DNA of 63,799 nucleotides, filler included, from Choristocarpus tenellus KU-1152 (GCA_964200185.2; 10 parts of 10 records of this genome joined end to end with filler, not necessarily neighbours in it), one strand, 5' to 3'. Counted from the whole stretch's first letter, positions 50,812-63,781 are shown. The notes: a model not told the origin generated them from the sequence alone. Numbers and translations are program-made.

Positions 50812-51470
50812 CTATCGATGCTGGATCGACAGTGACTTCGAGAAGTATGTGCGAGTGATAATAGCAACCAGCGGTGATGCGGTTTGTGATTCTAGCTTGG
50901 ACAGGATTGCGTATGTGTCGTCTTGGAAAGGTGTAATGAATACTGTGCTATGTGATTCCATCTTGGCGGAAGTTGTTCCTTCCAAAGTAACACCCGAGGG
51001 GGAACGATCCCTTCGAGCTAGCACATTCGTCCAACCACACAATACAACAAATGCGACAGGATGGGGAAAAAATTACTAATAATACCTAAGAAAACGAGTA
51101 ACCAATAACAACCTGACACAGATTTCCCGTCTCGTTCTGTCACCCATATTTTGTGCGCCCGCTCGTCACCGTTCGTCGTCCCCAACAGCATTGAATCCTC
51201 AATCTCATTGGTTCGATGCCTCGTCCCCAAGTTCTCCACCACCGTTTCTTCTTCATCCTTAGTCTCCCCTCCACCAACACTTTCCTCATCTTCGGGATGT
51301 GAAGGCTGGTTGTACCGGATTCTGTCAACCATTCCCCCCTCACCAACACCAACGGACCTTATCGATCGGCCTTCCTGCTCACCCCTTCCCGCGCGCCCAC
51401 CATTCTCATCTTCAGAGTCTCGGTGATCGGAATCCTTGGAGGAGAATGCCCTTCCTGGAGGTTTCAACAC
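50812..51470 (-). CDS. Low-complexity acidic exons of a hypothetical protein (~51470-51113, 51018-50812)
   Basis: Open purine-rich frames joined by a phase-1 GT-AG intron. No recognisable domain. Confidence 0.4.
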
Positions 51471-52378
51471 CTGGACATGTGACATCAACAATTTTGAAGG
51501 CCTTGACTAAGGGAGATGTTGATGCGAAGCAACAGTGTGAACGGTGTCCACGTACCCCTCTCCGAGGTGATAAAGCCATCCACCTCAGACCTCGCACCGC
51601 TGCCATCTCTCCAACACAGATTATCTCTCTAGGAAAGGGGTGTTCTCTCAACGTTAATTTGTGATTTGAACTGTTAGGTGTTGGTGCAACACATTACACA
51701 TACATTGTACCTTTTTTTGTAAGCGGTACTATTTTATAATACTACCACTACTACTCTTCCCTACTGTTTGTTGATATGTTGTTTGAAAGTTTGGTTAAAA
51801 TCACCACACATATAGAACTAACTATAGATATTCAACTTGACATGACGGAGATTCAACATTAAAGTTAACTCTGAGTGACGTACCATGACATCAACACTAA
51901 CCCCAAAAAAACACTAAAAGTGGGAAAAACAATATTTATGGTTCGTTGATCCTAAGAAGTGTAGTATATTTGTAGTGTGGTTCTGTTTATTTCTGGTTGG
52001 TTCCTTCCCCAAACCAATACATTTGAACGTCCATCTGCCCTAAACGTCCGATTTAGGAAATACTTGTTCAAATGACATATGGATGGTAAAGAAACACACA
52101 CAGAGAACGAATTTCCCCACCAAAGTTGTTGCGATCCTCTTTCCATTATTTGGATATTAGAAATGTATCAGTAGTTGATAAAGAACCCGACATGAACCAT
52201 TGTCCCGAATGCTATTCGGTTACATATTACCGTAATTCATATCTTATTGTGCACAGAATATACTATATTGACTACAACTGTGCAACAATAGGTCTCTCCG
52301 CCTAGAGACCCACCAACAAGTACAGGCACAGATGCCTACAAGTGCGGGGGGTCTAGGCCTCTCTTCCATGAAACACCG

Positions 52379-52478
52379 NNNNNNNNNNNNNNNNNNNNNN
52401 NNNNNNNNNNNNNNNNNNNNNNTTAATTAATTAANNNNNNNNNNNNNNNNNNNNNNNNNNNNNNNNNNNNNNNNNNNN
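52379..52478. other. Artificial contig linker
   Basis: N44-TTAATTAATTAA-N44. Confidence 0.98.
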
Positions 52479-52705
52479 CCCAACAATCCCCTCTGGGACA
52501 ATGACATTAACTTTAACCCCCTAAGGGGAAGTGTAGTCATCGCTACTTCATCCTCCTCAAGTATAGTAGCCTCCAACATCATTCCTCCACACCCCTCTTG
52601 AGCGAGAACGAAATCCCTAACCCCAATGTGGGTTAGGTCGATACCTCCAGCCTCATCCTGTGCAAAATCGAATCTTCTAACCCCTTCGAGGCTATCAAAT
52701 GCCAC

Positions 52706-53317
52706 TGTGCAAAATAGGACAATAGTGAGGTGTACCTATTTTGTGTATATGAGTCAAAGTATCTTAGAGGGTAGCGCCGCGTCCATTTGGGGGCCAAAAT
52801 CCAATGTTGTGATTTTGATGTAATTTTGGCTATCGTTTTTGTCAAGAAGTGTCAATATCCTTGTTCCAGACACACCTTTTCATAACGCACACATTTTACC
52901 TACTCGACACATTTTGGAGTAGGAATATGTCATGAAAAAAAACATGGGAAGCTAAGCCCCAAATGGACAAGCAGGGCAAACCTCGTACCCTCTAAGATAC
53001 TTTCACTCTATGAGATTGTTGTGTTGAATTGAGTCCATGTGATGCAACTAATAAAATAGTACATCCGGATTATTTATGTAATTATGTATTGGTATTTATT
53101 CTGCATTCAACTAACTTTGACATGACCGTTGACTCAGATAGGAAGCACAAATAAATAGTAAACAAGCAATTAGAAGACACCATACACAAAGGTCACTCTT
53201 CTAAATTTCAACCATCCATTCCTTTTTACACGTTCAGCAAAGGGGGTCGTGTGAGGCTTCACACTCTCTTATCTTCACTACTGAGAAATAGCAATACCTC
53301 CCAAGGTAATTTGCACA
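52706..53317 (+). mobile_element. Solo LTR (~350 bp without the nested MITE), GCCAC TSD
   Basis: Termini TGTGCAAA...TTTGCACA, GCCAC on both sides, colinear with the 5' LTR at 40665-41008. Confidence 0.92.
52751..53008. mobile_element. MITE family A nested in the solo LTR, TAT TSD
   Basis: Intact TIRs. The empty site is visible in the sister LTR near 40705. Confidence 0.92.
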
Positions 53318-55269
53318 GCCACAACATCCTCCTCTAATGTTGCGTTTGCTCCAGTCGATCGCTCCAGATCAACATCCATTCCAGTCACCTTTAAGGTAGG
53401 CCTCTCCTCCTCAACAGTTCCCCCTTGGCCAATGACATCACCTGAAACCCCCTCAAGGGTATTCACTCCTGTCACTGCAACATCCTCCTCTGACATTGCA
53501 GTCTCCTCAGATTGTCCACCTGTGACGGTATCTCCTCCAGCCCTTGTCAGGGCGAGTGTGTCTGTTCCCGCCTTCCTCTCGGCTAGAAGTAGTCCTGACA
53601 CAATCCTCTTTGTCATTTCAGGTACCTCAGGTGGTTGTCTTGACGGCAGGTCAGGAATTATCAAGAAGCTTCTTCGATTAGCTTTCAATGTAAACAATCC
53701 ATAATTCTTCCCACTTGTCTTCACAAATTCCAATCCAGGTCCTCCAGAAGAAGGGGTTAATCTCAAAGAATTTTTCCCTTTCCAATTTAATTCGCCCCCT
53801 GATTGTTCCCCCGCTTGTATCATTGAGAAGAGATCAAATTATAACCCTGGAACAAATGACACTTTGTGCAAGATGAAGTTGGAAACTTCCCCATTCTGTA
53901 CACAAGATAGTGACAAATTACCTATGGCTGAAACTTGTAGAACCGTTCCATCCCCAACAGTCACCGATAACCCTACCACAGGTTTTGGATCTATCAGAGC
54001 AGTAGGATTATTTGTCATATGAACCGAGCACCCACTGTCAAAGAATCAAAGTTCATCCACTTCGACTATACTCCCATCATTGCTCACCGATGAGAATCCT
54101 CCAAGCTCAACTGGTGTACCACTTTCTTCACCATCACCAGCTTCACCAGTGTTGCTTGCATTGCCACTCCCCTTCCCTTTACCATTCTTCTTCGTCCCTC
54201 GGGGAGCTTGACCAGAAGATCGTTGACCCGATTCTTCCGGACCACCATAGCGTTTGGGACAACTGTAAGCCTTGTGTCCTTTTTCACCACAGGTGTAACA
54301 TGAACCTGTATAAGATCGGACGAAACAACATTGGGACAAGAAGATTGATAGTGTGGTCCTCCACACTGCCAGCACTCCACACGTCTTGGCTGCCGATCCT
54401 TCCCAAAACCTGCATTGCCGTTCACGGATCTTGGACCTCCAACCATCATTGCACCTCCATTATTTCCCATTCTTCGTTCACGTTGTCTTTTGCGAAGTTG
54501 ATACGTTTCGCAAACTCGATTTTGGAGATCCATCCTTGCTGCCGTAACCTGTGACCTGGCAAATCTCAATGAAGTACTCGTCAGTTAAACAATTTTGCAT
54601 CGCACTCAGCTGTTCTTCTTCGCTGAGTTCGTCATCCAAGGATCGCATTTTCTTGACTATGTTGTCCAATTCCAGAATGACTATAACCGGATCTTCACCA
54701 GCAGGTAAAAGTAAAGAATTAAGTCTTGATCTCATGGTAGCCCTTTCTGTCATACCACTTCTCCTGAAGTGGTTCCGTAAAGCTTGATAAGCTTCCGAAG
54801 GACTATCATGCTTGCTTGCCACTTTTTCGGCAAACCCATCCAAAGCCATCACCAGAGCATTCATCACCATATTCGCCTTGTCTATTTCGCGTTCAGACCA
54901 TCTTGATGCGTCAAAGTAATCACTGTTGACTCTGATGTGATCATCAGATAGCAGCATATCCTTCCATCCCCCCATGGCAGCACACGAAAGAAATTTTCGC
55001 TCAAACATAGCAAATTGATCACCATCATCATCACCACTGTAGATCTTAAACGTAAATGCAATGGAATCAGTCGTCTTAATCCCCGTCCAGTTGGTACCCC
55101 CTGTTGCGCGGTTCTGATAACCGCCCCTCTGTCATCTTCATCATCAGTCTCGATCACCTCTCCACCTTCTTCAACTGGTGTTGTACGTGTCGTGTCACCA
55201 TACTCCGCTCTTCTCGAAGTACGTCTTCTATAACCGACGGCCTCCTCCATCGGGACTCCCCCTCCAATC

Positions 55270-55369
55270 NNNNNNNNNNNNNNNNNNNNNNNNNNNNNNN
55301 NNNNNNNNNNNNNTTAATTAATTAANNNNNNNNNNNNNNNNNNNNNNNNNNNNNNNNNNNNNNNNNNNN
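55270..55369. other. Artificial contig linker
   Basis: N44-TTAATTAATTAA-N44. Confidence 0.98.
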
Positions 55370-55614
55370 CCCCCAAAGATACCTTGGGTCAAACTTTAGG
55401 GGCATGTTTCCTTCAGTCTGCTGGACTCTTGATTTTCTATATTACTGAACGACATGGAGTCAACAGCTACTTCTTGCAAATATGACAGGAAAAAAGGGCA
55501 ATTTCCATGAAGTTCAAGCAAGTTTGACCAAAGGCAATAGCAATAGCATATACCTTTTTTAGCACATTGTACCTGTACCACTACCTTTTTCATCTGTTCA
55601 GCATGTCTAGGAGA

Positions 55615-55873
55615 GAGCCAAAGTATCTTAAGGGTAGGGCCACGTCCAATTGGGGGCCACAATCCAATGTTGCGATTTTGATGTATTCTTGGCTATCGTG
55701 TTTGTTAGGAAGCGTCAATATCCTTGTTCCAGACACATCTTTCCATAATGTATACATTTTACCTACTCCGAAACATTTTCGAGTAGGAAAATGTACTAAA
55801 AAAACCCATGGGAAGGACAAGCCCCAAATGGACAAGCAGGGCAGAATTCGTACCCTCTAAGATATTTTCACTC
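55615..55873. mobile_element. MITE family A, AGA TSD
   Basis: GAGCCAAAGTATCTTAAGGGTA / TACCCTCTAAGATATTTTCACTC. Confidence 0.9.
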
Positions 55874-56131
55874 AGAAGAAAGACCCATTGTATGAGGGAA
55901 ATACATCTGCCATACCACTTTGTGAGTTGTAGTAACGCACTTTTCCAATCCCGGAGACCCATAAGATGAAAAGCAGAAATTATCACAAGTATTTTCTTCG
56001 TATCAGGCGAGGTCAATCTACTCTCTTTTTCATCTTTTCAACATGGGAAGGAGAAGAAAGCATTGTTACATCCGAGAAATTCATCTGCCCTACCACTTTT
56101 GCTAGGTATGGCGACATACTGCTACAAACCT

Positions 56132-56395
56132 GATTCAAAGTATCTTTTAGAGGATAGAGCCGCGTCCGTTTGGGGGCCAAAATCCAATCTTGCGATTTTG
56201 ATATATTCTTGGCTGTCGTGTGTTTGTTAGGGAGTGTCAATATTCTTGTTCCGGACACAACTTTTCATAACCTACACATTCTTCCTACTCCAAAACATTT
56301 CCGAGTAGGACAAATGTCATAAAAAAAACTGTCTGAAGCCAAGTCCCAAACAGACAAACAGGGCAAAACTCGTTCCCTCTAAAATACTTTCACTC
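56132..56395. mobile_element. MITE family A, ACCT TSD
   Basis: GATTCAAAGTATCTTTTAGAGG / CCCTCTAAAATACTTTCACTC, with ACCT on both flanks. Confidence 0.88.
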
Positions 56396-56921
56396 ACCTG
56401 CAGACCCATAAGACCGAAAATAGAACTTGTCGGAAGTAATGCTCCGTATCTGGCAGACTGGGCCCGCTTCATCAACATACAAGATTCGAAAGTGAATGCA
56501 CTCCTGGATGCTGTCCTTTGTCATAGATTGTTTCTTCCAACTCAATCTCAATCAAAATATACATTTGAGCCCGTTTACTAAAGAACATATTCACGACATG
56601 GGTAGAGAATAAAGTATTCTATATGTCCATATGCAACAAAAAAAATCTAACTTGAAATACATCAATGCAGGAAGCACTGCCATTTTAGATATATAAACCC
56701 TTGACAGTACCTATATGGTGTACACCAAGCATCCAGTCTGTAGTACATCCTACTGTCCAGGACTATCAAAAAGATTTAATAATTAAGTATATGTTTATAA
56801 TATATATATATATATTGCTCTCTCCCCCTAATTATTGCCCCTGCCCCAACTCTGCACACGAATAACATTGGTTTGGGGAAATACTTAAACAACAAAAATC
56901 ACAACAAAATGGCAAGAACAG

Positions 56922-59900
56922 CTTGGGCAGGCAATATCAGTGATGGAGATTTTGCCAGAAGATGGGACCAGACCACCCATGTTGGTGTCAGGGTGTCAGG
57001 GCTCAGGAGGACTGGAAGCTTACGTGAGAATGGAGCGAAGGGTTCACGAGCCACTGATCAAGGCTGCATTCTGCCATCATCTCCAGGTGCAACAGAAAAA
57101 GTGGGCAGCCCAAAATCTAACTCTAGCTTGAACCCTTAGCCTTTACTGCAATCCCTGTACAAAATCCACAATTAGGGTGAGATAAGACAGGCAGATAAAA
57201 TATCTGAGATAAAGGTTGAGTCAGCATGACTGCATTTATGAGAAAATAGCAGCAACAATTTGTGAGGATGGGACAATTGCAGGGGGACACTTCCAATGAC
57301 AATGTGGGAGATATGTTCTGGTTATGATTAGTGCAAGGTGTGGCAGTGTATTCATGTGAGTAGGAATTACATAGTTTTCTATCTAGATCAGTAGGGGTGT
57401 GCTCTTGAGGTGTGTCATAAATGTCAAGATCAGGGTGTTCCTTGGTTTGGACATTACTACAGCCACAAGTTCGATAAATAATGTGTATTAGTGTCAAAGT
57501 CAAGATAAACTCCTTCTAGTGAGGGTTAGGGTACCAGTGAAATCCCACATCTCTTCACTCCGTGATTGATTTTAAAAGTAGTGGTAAGACTTTGGAAAAC
57601 CAAAACCATAAAAAAAAATGCTCAACAGAAAGAAACAAAACCTACATACACTTACTGATCGCGGTTGCATCATGAAAATGCTCGTTGATACGAGGATTTT
57701 CATGCTTGATGAAGCTCGGACCCTGAGGAGTTGTTTTAACTCCTGTTATTTCCCAAAATTTTGTGGGTACGAAAATCCTTAAGATATACATGTCGACATG
57801 CAACACATGGATCGTCCAACAAAATCTGGTTCCACTCGGTAGATACACATTTTTCAAATTAGGGTTGGATATTTTATGTAGCTAAGTATATTCTTGGAAT
57901 GTTCGGGGTACTTTATCTGTGGTCCACTGTGGTCCCCACAAGGATGGTAATGAGTTTATATATGAAAAACGCTCGGAAGTAGTTTTCAAGTGGGTCTGAA
58001 GTGAGACGTAAATATGTGGGAAATACTCTTAAAGACAGAGGGTTTTTGCAAATAATTTTGGTTCCAGATGTCATATTCTATGTTCTGGTGTCCAAAACAA
58101 GAGACCAAACTATTGCACAAGTACAATAGTGATATTGTCGGAGGAGTCACTCAGTCCTCTTTCAAATCATCTTGCACTTGAGAAGAAATTTAACATACCA
58201 CCTTGATTTACTAGAAGAATCTATGGGTCGCCATATTGAACTACGTATGCTCCCATAGGAATAAAGAGTTTGATGCTTTGAGGGCCATCACCAAGGATTA
58301 GAAATCAAAGCAGCGACAGGATGTTTGGATTGAATTTTGGATCGGACAAATGCTTCTCAGCAAGCATCCATCCGAAGAGACGTTTCGCCTCCTAAACCAA
58401 TATACTATGAAACCCAGAGTGCTACCTATCCGATTTCGTATCCAAGTCTTTACAGGGTAGAATATACTCTGCAGGTTTAGTCTCACCTCAAGGAGGAAAT
58501 CAAAGTCAAGGGATTTTAAAGGTAGTAAGTGAACTCTTCCACACCCTGCACCTTCCCACAATGTTCCTACTTCTAAATTTGTTTTTAATCGGAGCACTCC
58601 TTTGCAGTTGTTTCATGGCCTTCCACATTAGGCATCATAAACTCCTAAGAGACAGTTCTACCATTGAACACACAGGCTATTTGGTGAGAATGTTTGAGGA
58701 GAACTCTATGAGCATTGATTGGTAGAAAGAGCAATGTACTACTAGTAACATTTTTGTACACAAGTCAACTTCATTTTCTCGTTGCTTTCTAGCAATAGAA
58801 ACAGGAAAATAGTATAGCACCAACATTCAACTGTACTTTAGTGTTTTTGCAGCTACGCAAAGGATGAGAGAACCATTCTGGAGAGTCTAGGAGGGGTTCA
58901 GTGTTATAAAATGGAGTTATGTTTTGGTGTGCAAAATATCTGGTAATAACTAGAGTCTGTTCAAAGCATACCCCTGCAATGATTAGTCTTTTCCATGGTA
59001 AAGAAAATATATTCGTAGTAATATATAATTCTCAGCCCTTGCTAGAGCTGCTTCACCAATAATCACTGAGAAAAGTGGTGGCAACTATGCACCTCTACTG
59101 CTCTTCTGCGTGCCACTCTATCCTGTGTTGGGCATGGTTAAAATAAGCAATGCATGAGACTAACACAACATTAACTACCAACATCGAACCACCCATGCAC
59201 ACAATCACTTGCACAGCAACAGATATTTTCTTTTCCACATCCACATCCACATGCATAAGTATATGTATATATTGCTCAACTTCTATGCATGGATCCTGCA
59301 TCATCAAACACTCACTTCAGACGTTCATGACAGTGAGCTGTAGGAGGGTCACCATATGGGATGGAAAGTATGGCCATGCTAAGGCAACTTTTCATGCAAA
59401 CGACCTCTTTGGTCTGCCTGAATCAGACATCACCTCGTGCTGCCTCGACCAACAGGTATCATAGGGAAGGTTGGCATCGTAGTCCGAGATAGACACCTGA
59501 ACATTACTTAATCTAGCTCAACCTCCGCAGTACACCTAGTTTTCCATACTGCTAAGGAGCTTAACAATGGATCAATGGATCAAAATCTCGTCTATGTTTG
59601 AAAGTGGTTCTTAGATTGAAAACTGATTTCGGATTATGTCTTGACTCTTCCAAAATTCTCAAAGTAATAGTATGGAACCACCTCTTTCCTTAATTCATAC
59701 AATTGTTGAGGTCAGACTACATTTCTTAGGTCTACTCACTGACTATGACCTTCAGAGAAAAATGCTAGAACTCTTCTTGTTGGAAGAGGCACACAGGGAT
59801 CAACTATAACTACTCTGACAGCAAAAATTGACTTTTTTTTTCAACTCCAGCACACCTCAAAATCTCCCAAGTAAGCTACACACCCTCTGTCTTTCAGTCC

Positions 59901-60583
59901 TCTTGTGTAAGCAATGAGCTAGCTTAAGTATCGAAGAAGAATTTGGGCGAGAGCATTTAAGAGGATAGGAGTTTGGCTCTCTTTGTCCTTTCGGGGCTCG
60001 GCTTCCCACGGGTATTTTATGCCCCTTTCCGGTTTTCTGTGTGATCACAGTTACAAAAAAATGTATACAACTATGAAAGGTGTGTCCGGCAAGGATATTG
60101 ACACTTCCTAACAACAAAAATAGCCAAATTCATCGAGATCGCAACATTGGATTTATGATCCCAAAAGGACACGGCCCTACCCTCTTAAATGCTATGGCCC
60201 TTTAATATTTCTATAAACGAAAATACACCTCGACATTGGCCGCACCTTGAGCAATAGCATCCTTACTTTGAAGCACTCAAGCACTTACACATTTGGCAGA
60301 CTATGCTGTGGATGCAAATTGAAATCATTCCAATTGAAATCATTCCATGAATAGTATTCTGTGTAAGAACACAACATAGTCTACGAACTATGTGACAAAT
60401 TGTACTGACAAGTGCTTTGAACAGACATGTATTGTGTCAACAACAGGGACACAAGCTAGTGGTGGGATCGGACACTGGGATGATCAGGCTATGCTTCTCT
60501 CACAATGGATCTCTCATCAGGAACCTCGATCCCCACACAGGCTTGGTGAATTGGCTTTCATTCTCCTCACACAAGACAGACAA
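56922..60583 (+). CDS. Internal exons of a WD40-repeat protein (56922-57086, 59321-59455, 60447-60583)
   Basis: The spliced product ...EPLIKAAFCHHLQ-TFMTVSCRRVTIWDGKYG...DITSCCLDQQ-GHKLVVGSDTGMIRLCFSHNGSLIRNLDPHTGLVNWLSFS shows WD40 blade periodicity. Joins are phase-0 GT-AG. Confidence 0.78.
59945..60200. mobile_element. MITE family A' with GGG...CCC ends, TTT TSD, intronic
   Basis: GGGCGAGAGCATTTAAGAGG / CCTCTTAAATGCTATGGCCC. The interior is homologous to family A and to the copy at 18136. Confidence 0.85.
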
Positions 60584-60965
60584 GTGAGAGATCACACTTT
60601 AACATTGTTTCCATCTGCAAGCGCATGTTTGTTGGCTCTTTCTGTTCAGATCACCATATACAATAAAAATAACATTAGAGAATACACAAATATTGTAAGA
60701 CCAAGGAGACAAACTATTTGGTTAATTGAATATGACTTGTTAGACCAATTGATTGACACATAGGTTGTTTTTGATCATATCCTCTACGCCCTGATACTTT
60801 TAATTATCATAGATTTTGATAATGCTCCAGGGGATTGAGATTAAACCACTTTACCTTTCGACCCTTGAGTCTTAGGTGGGGATATAATTTTACGTGTAGT
60901 GCAAAGTGATCACAAAATATGTTGGGAGGGAAATGAAAAAGAGGAGGACATCAGAGATTGGACAA

Positions 60966-61150
60966 GAGTGAAAGTATCTTAGAGGGTACAAGTTTTGCCC
61001 TGTTGTCTGTTTGGGGCTTGGCTTCCCATGTCTTTTTTAATGACATTTTCCTACTCCAAAATGTTTCAGAGTAGGTAAAATGTATTTGTTATGAAAAGAT
61101 GTGTCTGGAACAAGGATAGTGACACTTCCTAACAAACACGATAGCCAAAA
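60966..61150. mobile_element. MITE family A, truncated by the contig end
   Basis: Starts GAGTGAAAGTATCTTAGAGGGTA and is colinear with the 26663 copy. Confidence 0.88.
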
Positions 61151-61250
61151 NNNNNNNNNNNNNNNNNNNNNNNNNNNNNNNNNNNNNNNNNNNNTTAATT
61201 AATTAANNNNNNNNNNNNNNNNNNNNNNNNNNNNNNNNNNNNNNNNNNNN
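61151..61250. other. Artificial contig linker
   Basis: N44-TTAATTAATTAA-N44. Confidence 0.98.
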
Positions 61251-61788
61251 GTCGCAATTTTGGGGTGATTTGGTTGCATGCGTCGGGTGGACAGTGCGAG
61301 TGCACTTCTCCTAGTCAGGACCCGAATGGACACCCTAGTGTAATCCCTCCGCCTGCCCCCTAGATACTTTGAGCCACAACACCTTTGGTGTGGAAAGTTC
61401 TGAGCGCCTTGGAAAGAAAGCAGAAAGCTTTGTGGATGATGGCAGTCACCCATGCAGTAGGGGGAAGAAAGACAGGAGGATGTTGTACAGAAAAGGGACT
61501 ACTTGGCATCTATCCCGCACTAGCATAGTGAGGCTCTAGCTCTACGAGAAGAATGGCTGTGCACACGTGGCTAGTGAAAGCACCTTCCACAGTATCATTA
61601 GTGCTCAAAACACGAAAAAACAACCAACACGACTAACCTTATAGGGGCCCCTCCATTCTCTACAATACCCCCATCCTAGATTATATCATCACTCTGAACC
61701 GGATTCCTTATGAACCTGAGAAGAGATACAAATGGCAGAACACACTCTACAAACACAATATCAAAAATCAAAATAGAGACATTGCTTT

Positions 61789-62046
61789 GAGCCAAAGTAT
61801 CTTAAAGGGTAGATCGGCGTCCATTTGGGAGCAACAATCCAATCTTACGATTATGATATAGTTTTGGCTATCGTGTTTGTTAGGAAGTCTCTATATCCTT
61901 GTTTTGGACACATCTTTTCATAACAAACACATTTTACCTCCTCAAAATATTTTAGAGTAAGAAAATGTCATTAAAATACGCATGGGAAGTCAAGCCCCAA
62001 ATGGACAAACAGGGCAAAACTCGTACCCTCTAAGATACCTTCACTC
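61789..62046. mobile_element. MITE family A, TTT TSD
   Basis: GAGCCAAAGTATCTTAAAGGGTA / TACCCTCTAAGATACCTTCACTC. Confidence 0.9.
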
Positions 62047-62467
62047 TTTCTTGTTTAGGACACTCACGTACTGCATTGGTGAGTAAGTATACTCTTGTTA
62101 TGTGGCATTCACAATACTACTGAGGGAGAGGCGTCTCATGATGGGAAGTCTGTCTACCTTTGTTGAGGAACTCTTTCGATAGAAAAAATGCATGCAGTCT
62201 GCACGGTATGTTGACTGTGTCAGTGGGTTTAGTAGTGGTGTACATTTATTTGTCTGGTCTACAATCCGTATGTATGCAAACCACTCCCATACACCTGTGC
62301 AACTCACTTGCATGGAGAATCAGGATTGTGAATCTCACATTTTGTGCTACATATGACTGACAAACTACAGCATCAGGAATATATTTTGTAGGGAAGTTTT
62401 CTCTGAGTTGATGACAACAACATTTTATGCTGCTGCTATAGACTACATGTACACAGAGCCATTGACT

Positions 62468-62509
62468 CAAAAGGGTTCAAACTTGTCTACCTCTCAATTG
62501 GTTTGAATC
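62468..62509 (-). mobile_element. Isolated end of MITE family B
   Basis: The reverse complement GATTCAAACCAATTGAGAGGTAGACAAGTTTGAACCCTTTTG matches the left end of the 31129 copy. Confidence 0.65.
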
Positions 62510-63574
62510 ATTCAAAGATGCCCAAGGATCCATCCTCCAAGCAAGATCTATGGTGATACTCCTCATATTGTGGCTCATGGTGGTTGAATGTTTGATACTT
62601 GAAACTCCGAGAAGAGAACAGTCCGTCAGTATACAAGGGTATCAAAGTCTTCCATTAACATTCAGGATACTACTAAAACTATTGATGCGGTGTGCAGGAA
62701 GGTAGATTACCCACTACTACCACACTCTTGCCCTGGAATAATTGTACCTATCATCCAATTTCCTATTGAATTGCCTCATTTGCAAGTGCTACCACTAGCT
62801 CAGAGCAGGTACAACCATTCTTGCATCCCACAACCAGGCTCATGAATCCCTCTCCCCGTTCATGCACACAGACACACACACACACACTACGGTACCTCAT
62901 TCACCACCATGTCACATCACAGAACACAAACGGAACTGGGGAGAAATTCGCCTACTCTATCCACCCAGATCCTCCACCTCGAATCCTTACACTCATTTAA
63001 CCCCACCAGGTTAGCCCATAAGTACACCCTTCCACGTGGTATAGCCCGCACATATCTCTCTCTGACTTGCAGTGTTCTAGAGCAAGGCGTTACACCAGTG
63101 ATGCAAAAGGTTCACCATCGACAGAGTAGACGCACAGTAAGGCCACCATCAATACTTCTGAGAGCCAAAATCTGCGTATGGTAACAATGAGGGTACTATG
63201 TGTACCGACATTGGACCGGAATAACACAAACAATATATGCAAAGGAGTACCACACACAGAATAGCAGGATGCAGATATCAAAACCTCTTACTATGAAACA
63301 AAAAAAAACACTAGCAGATCTTCTACATGTACTGTATCTGGACCACACCTACATGGACAGCTTACAGCAATATCAAGTATGAGTCAAATATTTCAAATCC
63401 ATTTCCTTCTGTCCAAAAACAGAGTACTCAGGAGTACGAGTCAGTTTCAATGTCAATATTTATGAAGCGCATCTCTCTCCATGCACCCCCTTCCGTTGCT
63501 CATCCCTCCACCTTCCTCTCCAACCCCTCCCCATCCTCCTTCACCTCACCCGCATCATCTTCCCTCCCACTCAC

Positions 63575-63781
63575 TTCACAGCCCAGGGCGACAGACATGA
63601 ACAGGGTCACAAGGGCTTCTCCAGAGTCAGGTCGTTGAGAAGGCATAGGGTCAACGCCAGGCAGCAGCATTATCGCTGCCTCCACTGCACCCTGGCACAC
63701 GCCAACACCGCACAGCTCTTTCAGGAATCCCTCTGTAAAGATCTCCCTTGGCATCTCTTTTGCCTCAATCATGGCCTCATG
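63575..63781 (-). CDS. Isolated exon of a hypothetical protein
   Basis: A GC-rich open frame (HEAMIEAKEMPREIFTEGFLKELCG...ALGCE) lies between a pyrimidine-rich CAG acceptor and a GTGAGT donor. No family recognised. Confidence 0.45.

Larger units (their letters stand above)
52479..55250 (-). mobile_element. Decayed Ty1/Copia gag-protease region, interrupted by a solo LTR
   Basis: Gag-like ORF 55008-54478. Two CCHC knuckles (CWQCGGPHYQSSC, CYTCGEKGHKAYSC) lie in different frames. Protease motif L*FFDSGCSVHMT...VTVGDG...VSFVPGL contains stops. Confidence 0.88.

Noticed and set aside
50564-51079. 171-aa plus-strand ORF
   Set aside because: It has a non-ATG start, no recognisable motif, and overlaps minus-strand exons with better splice support.
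57640-58620. Coding-like stretch in the WD40 intron
   Set aside because: All frames are broken by stops and no motif was recognised. It may be a TE relic but cannot be supported.
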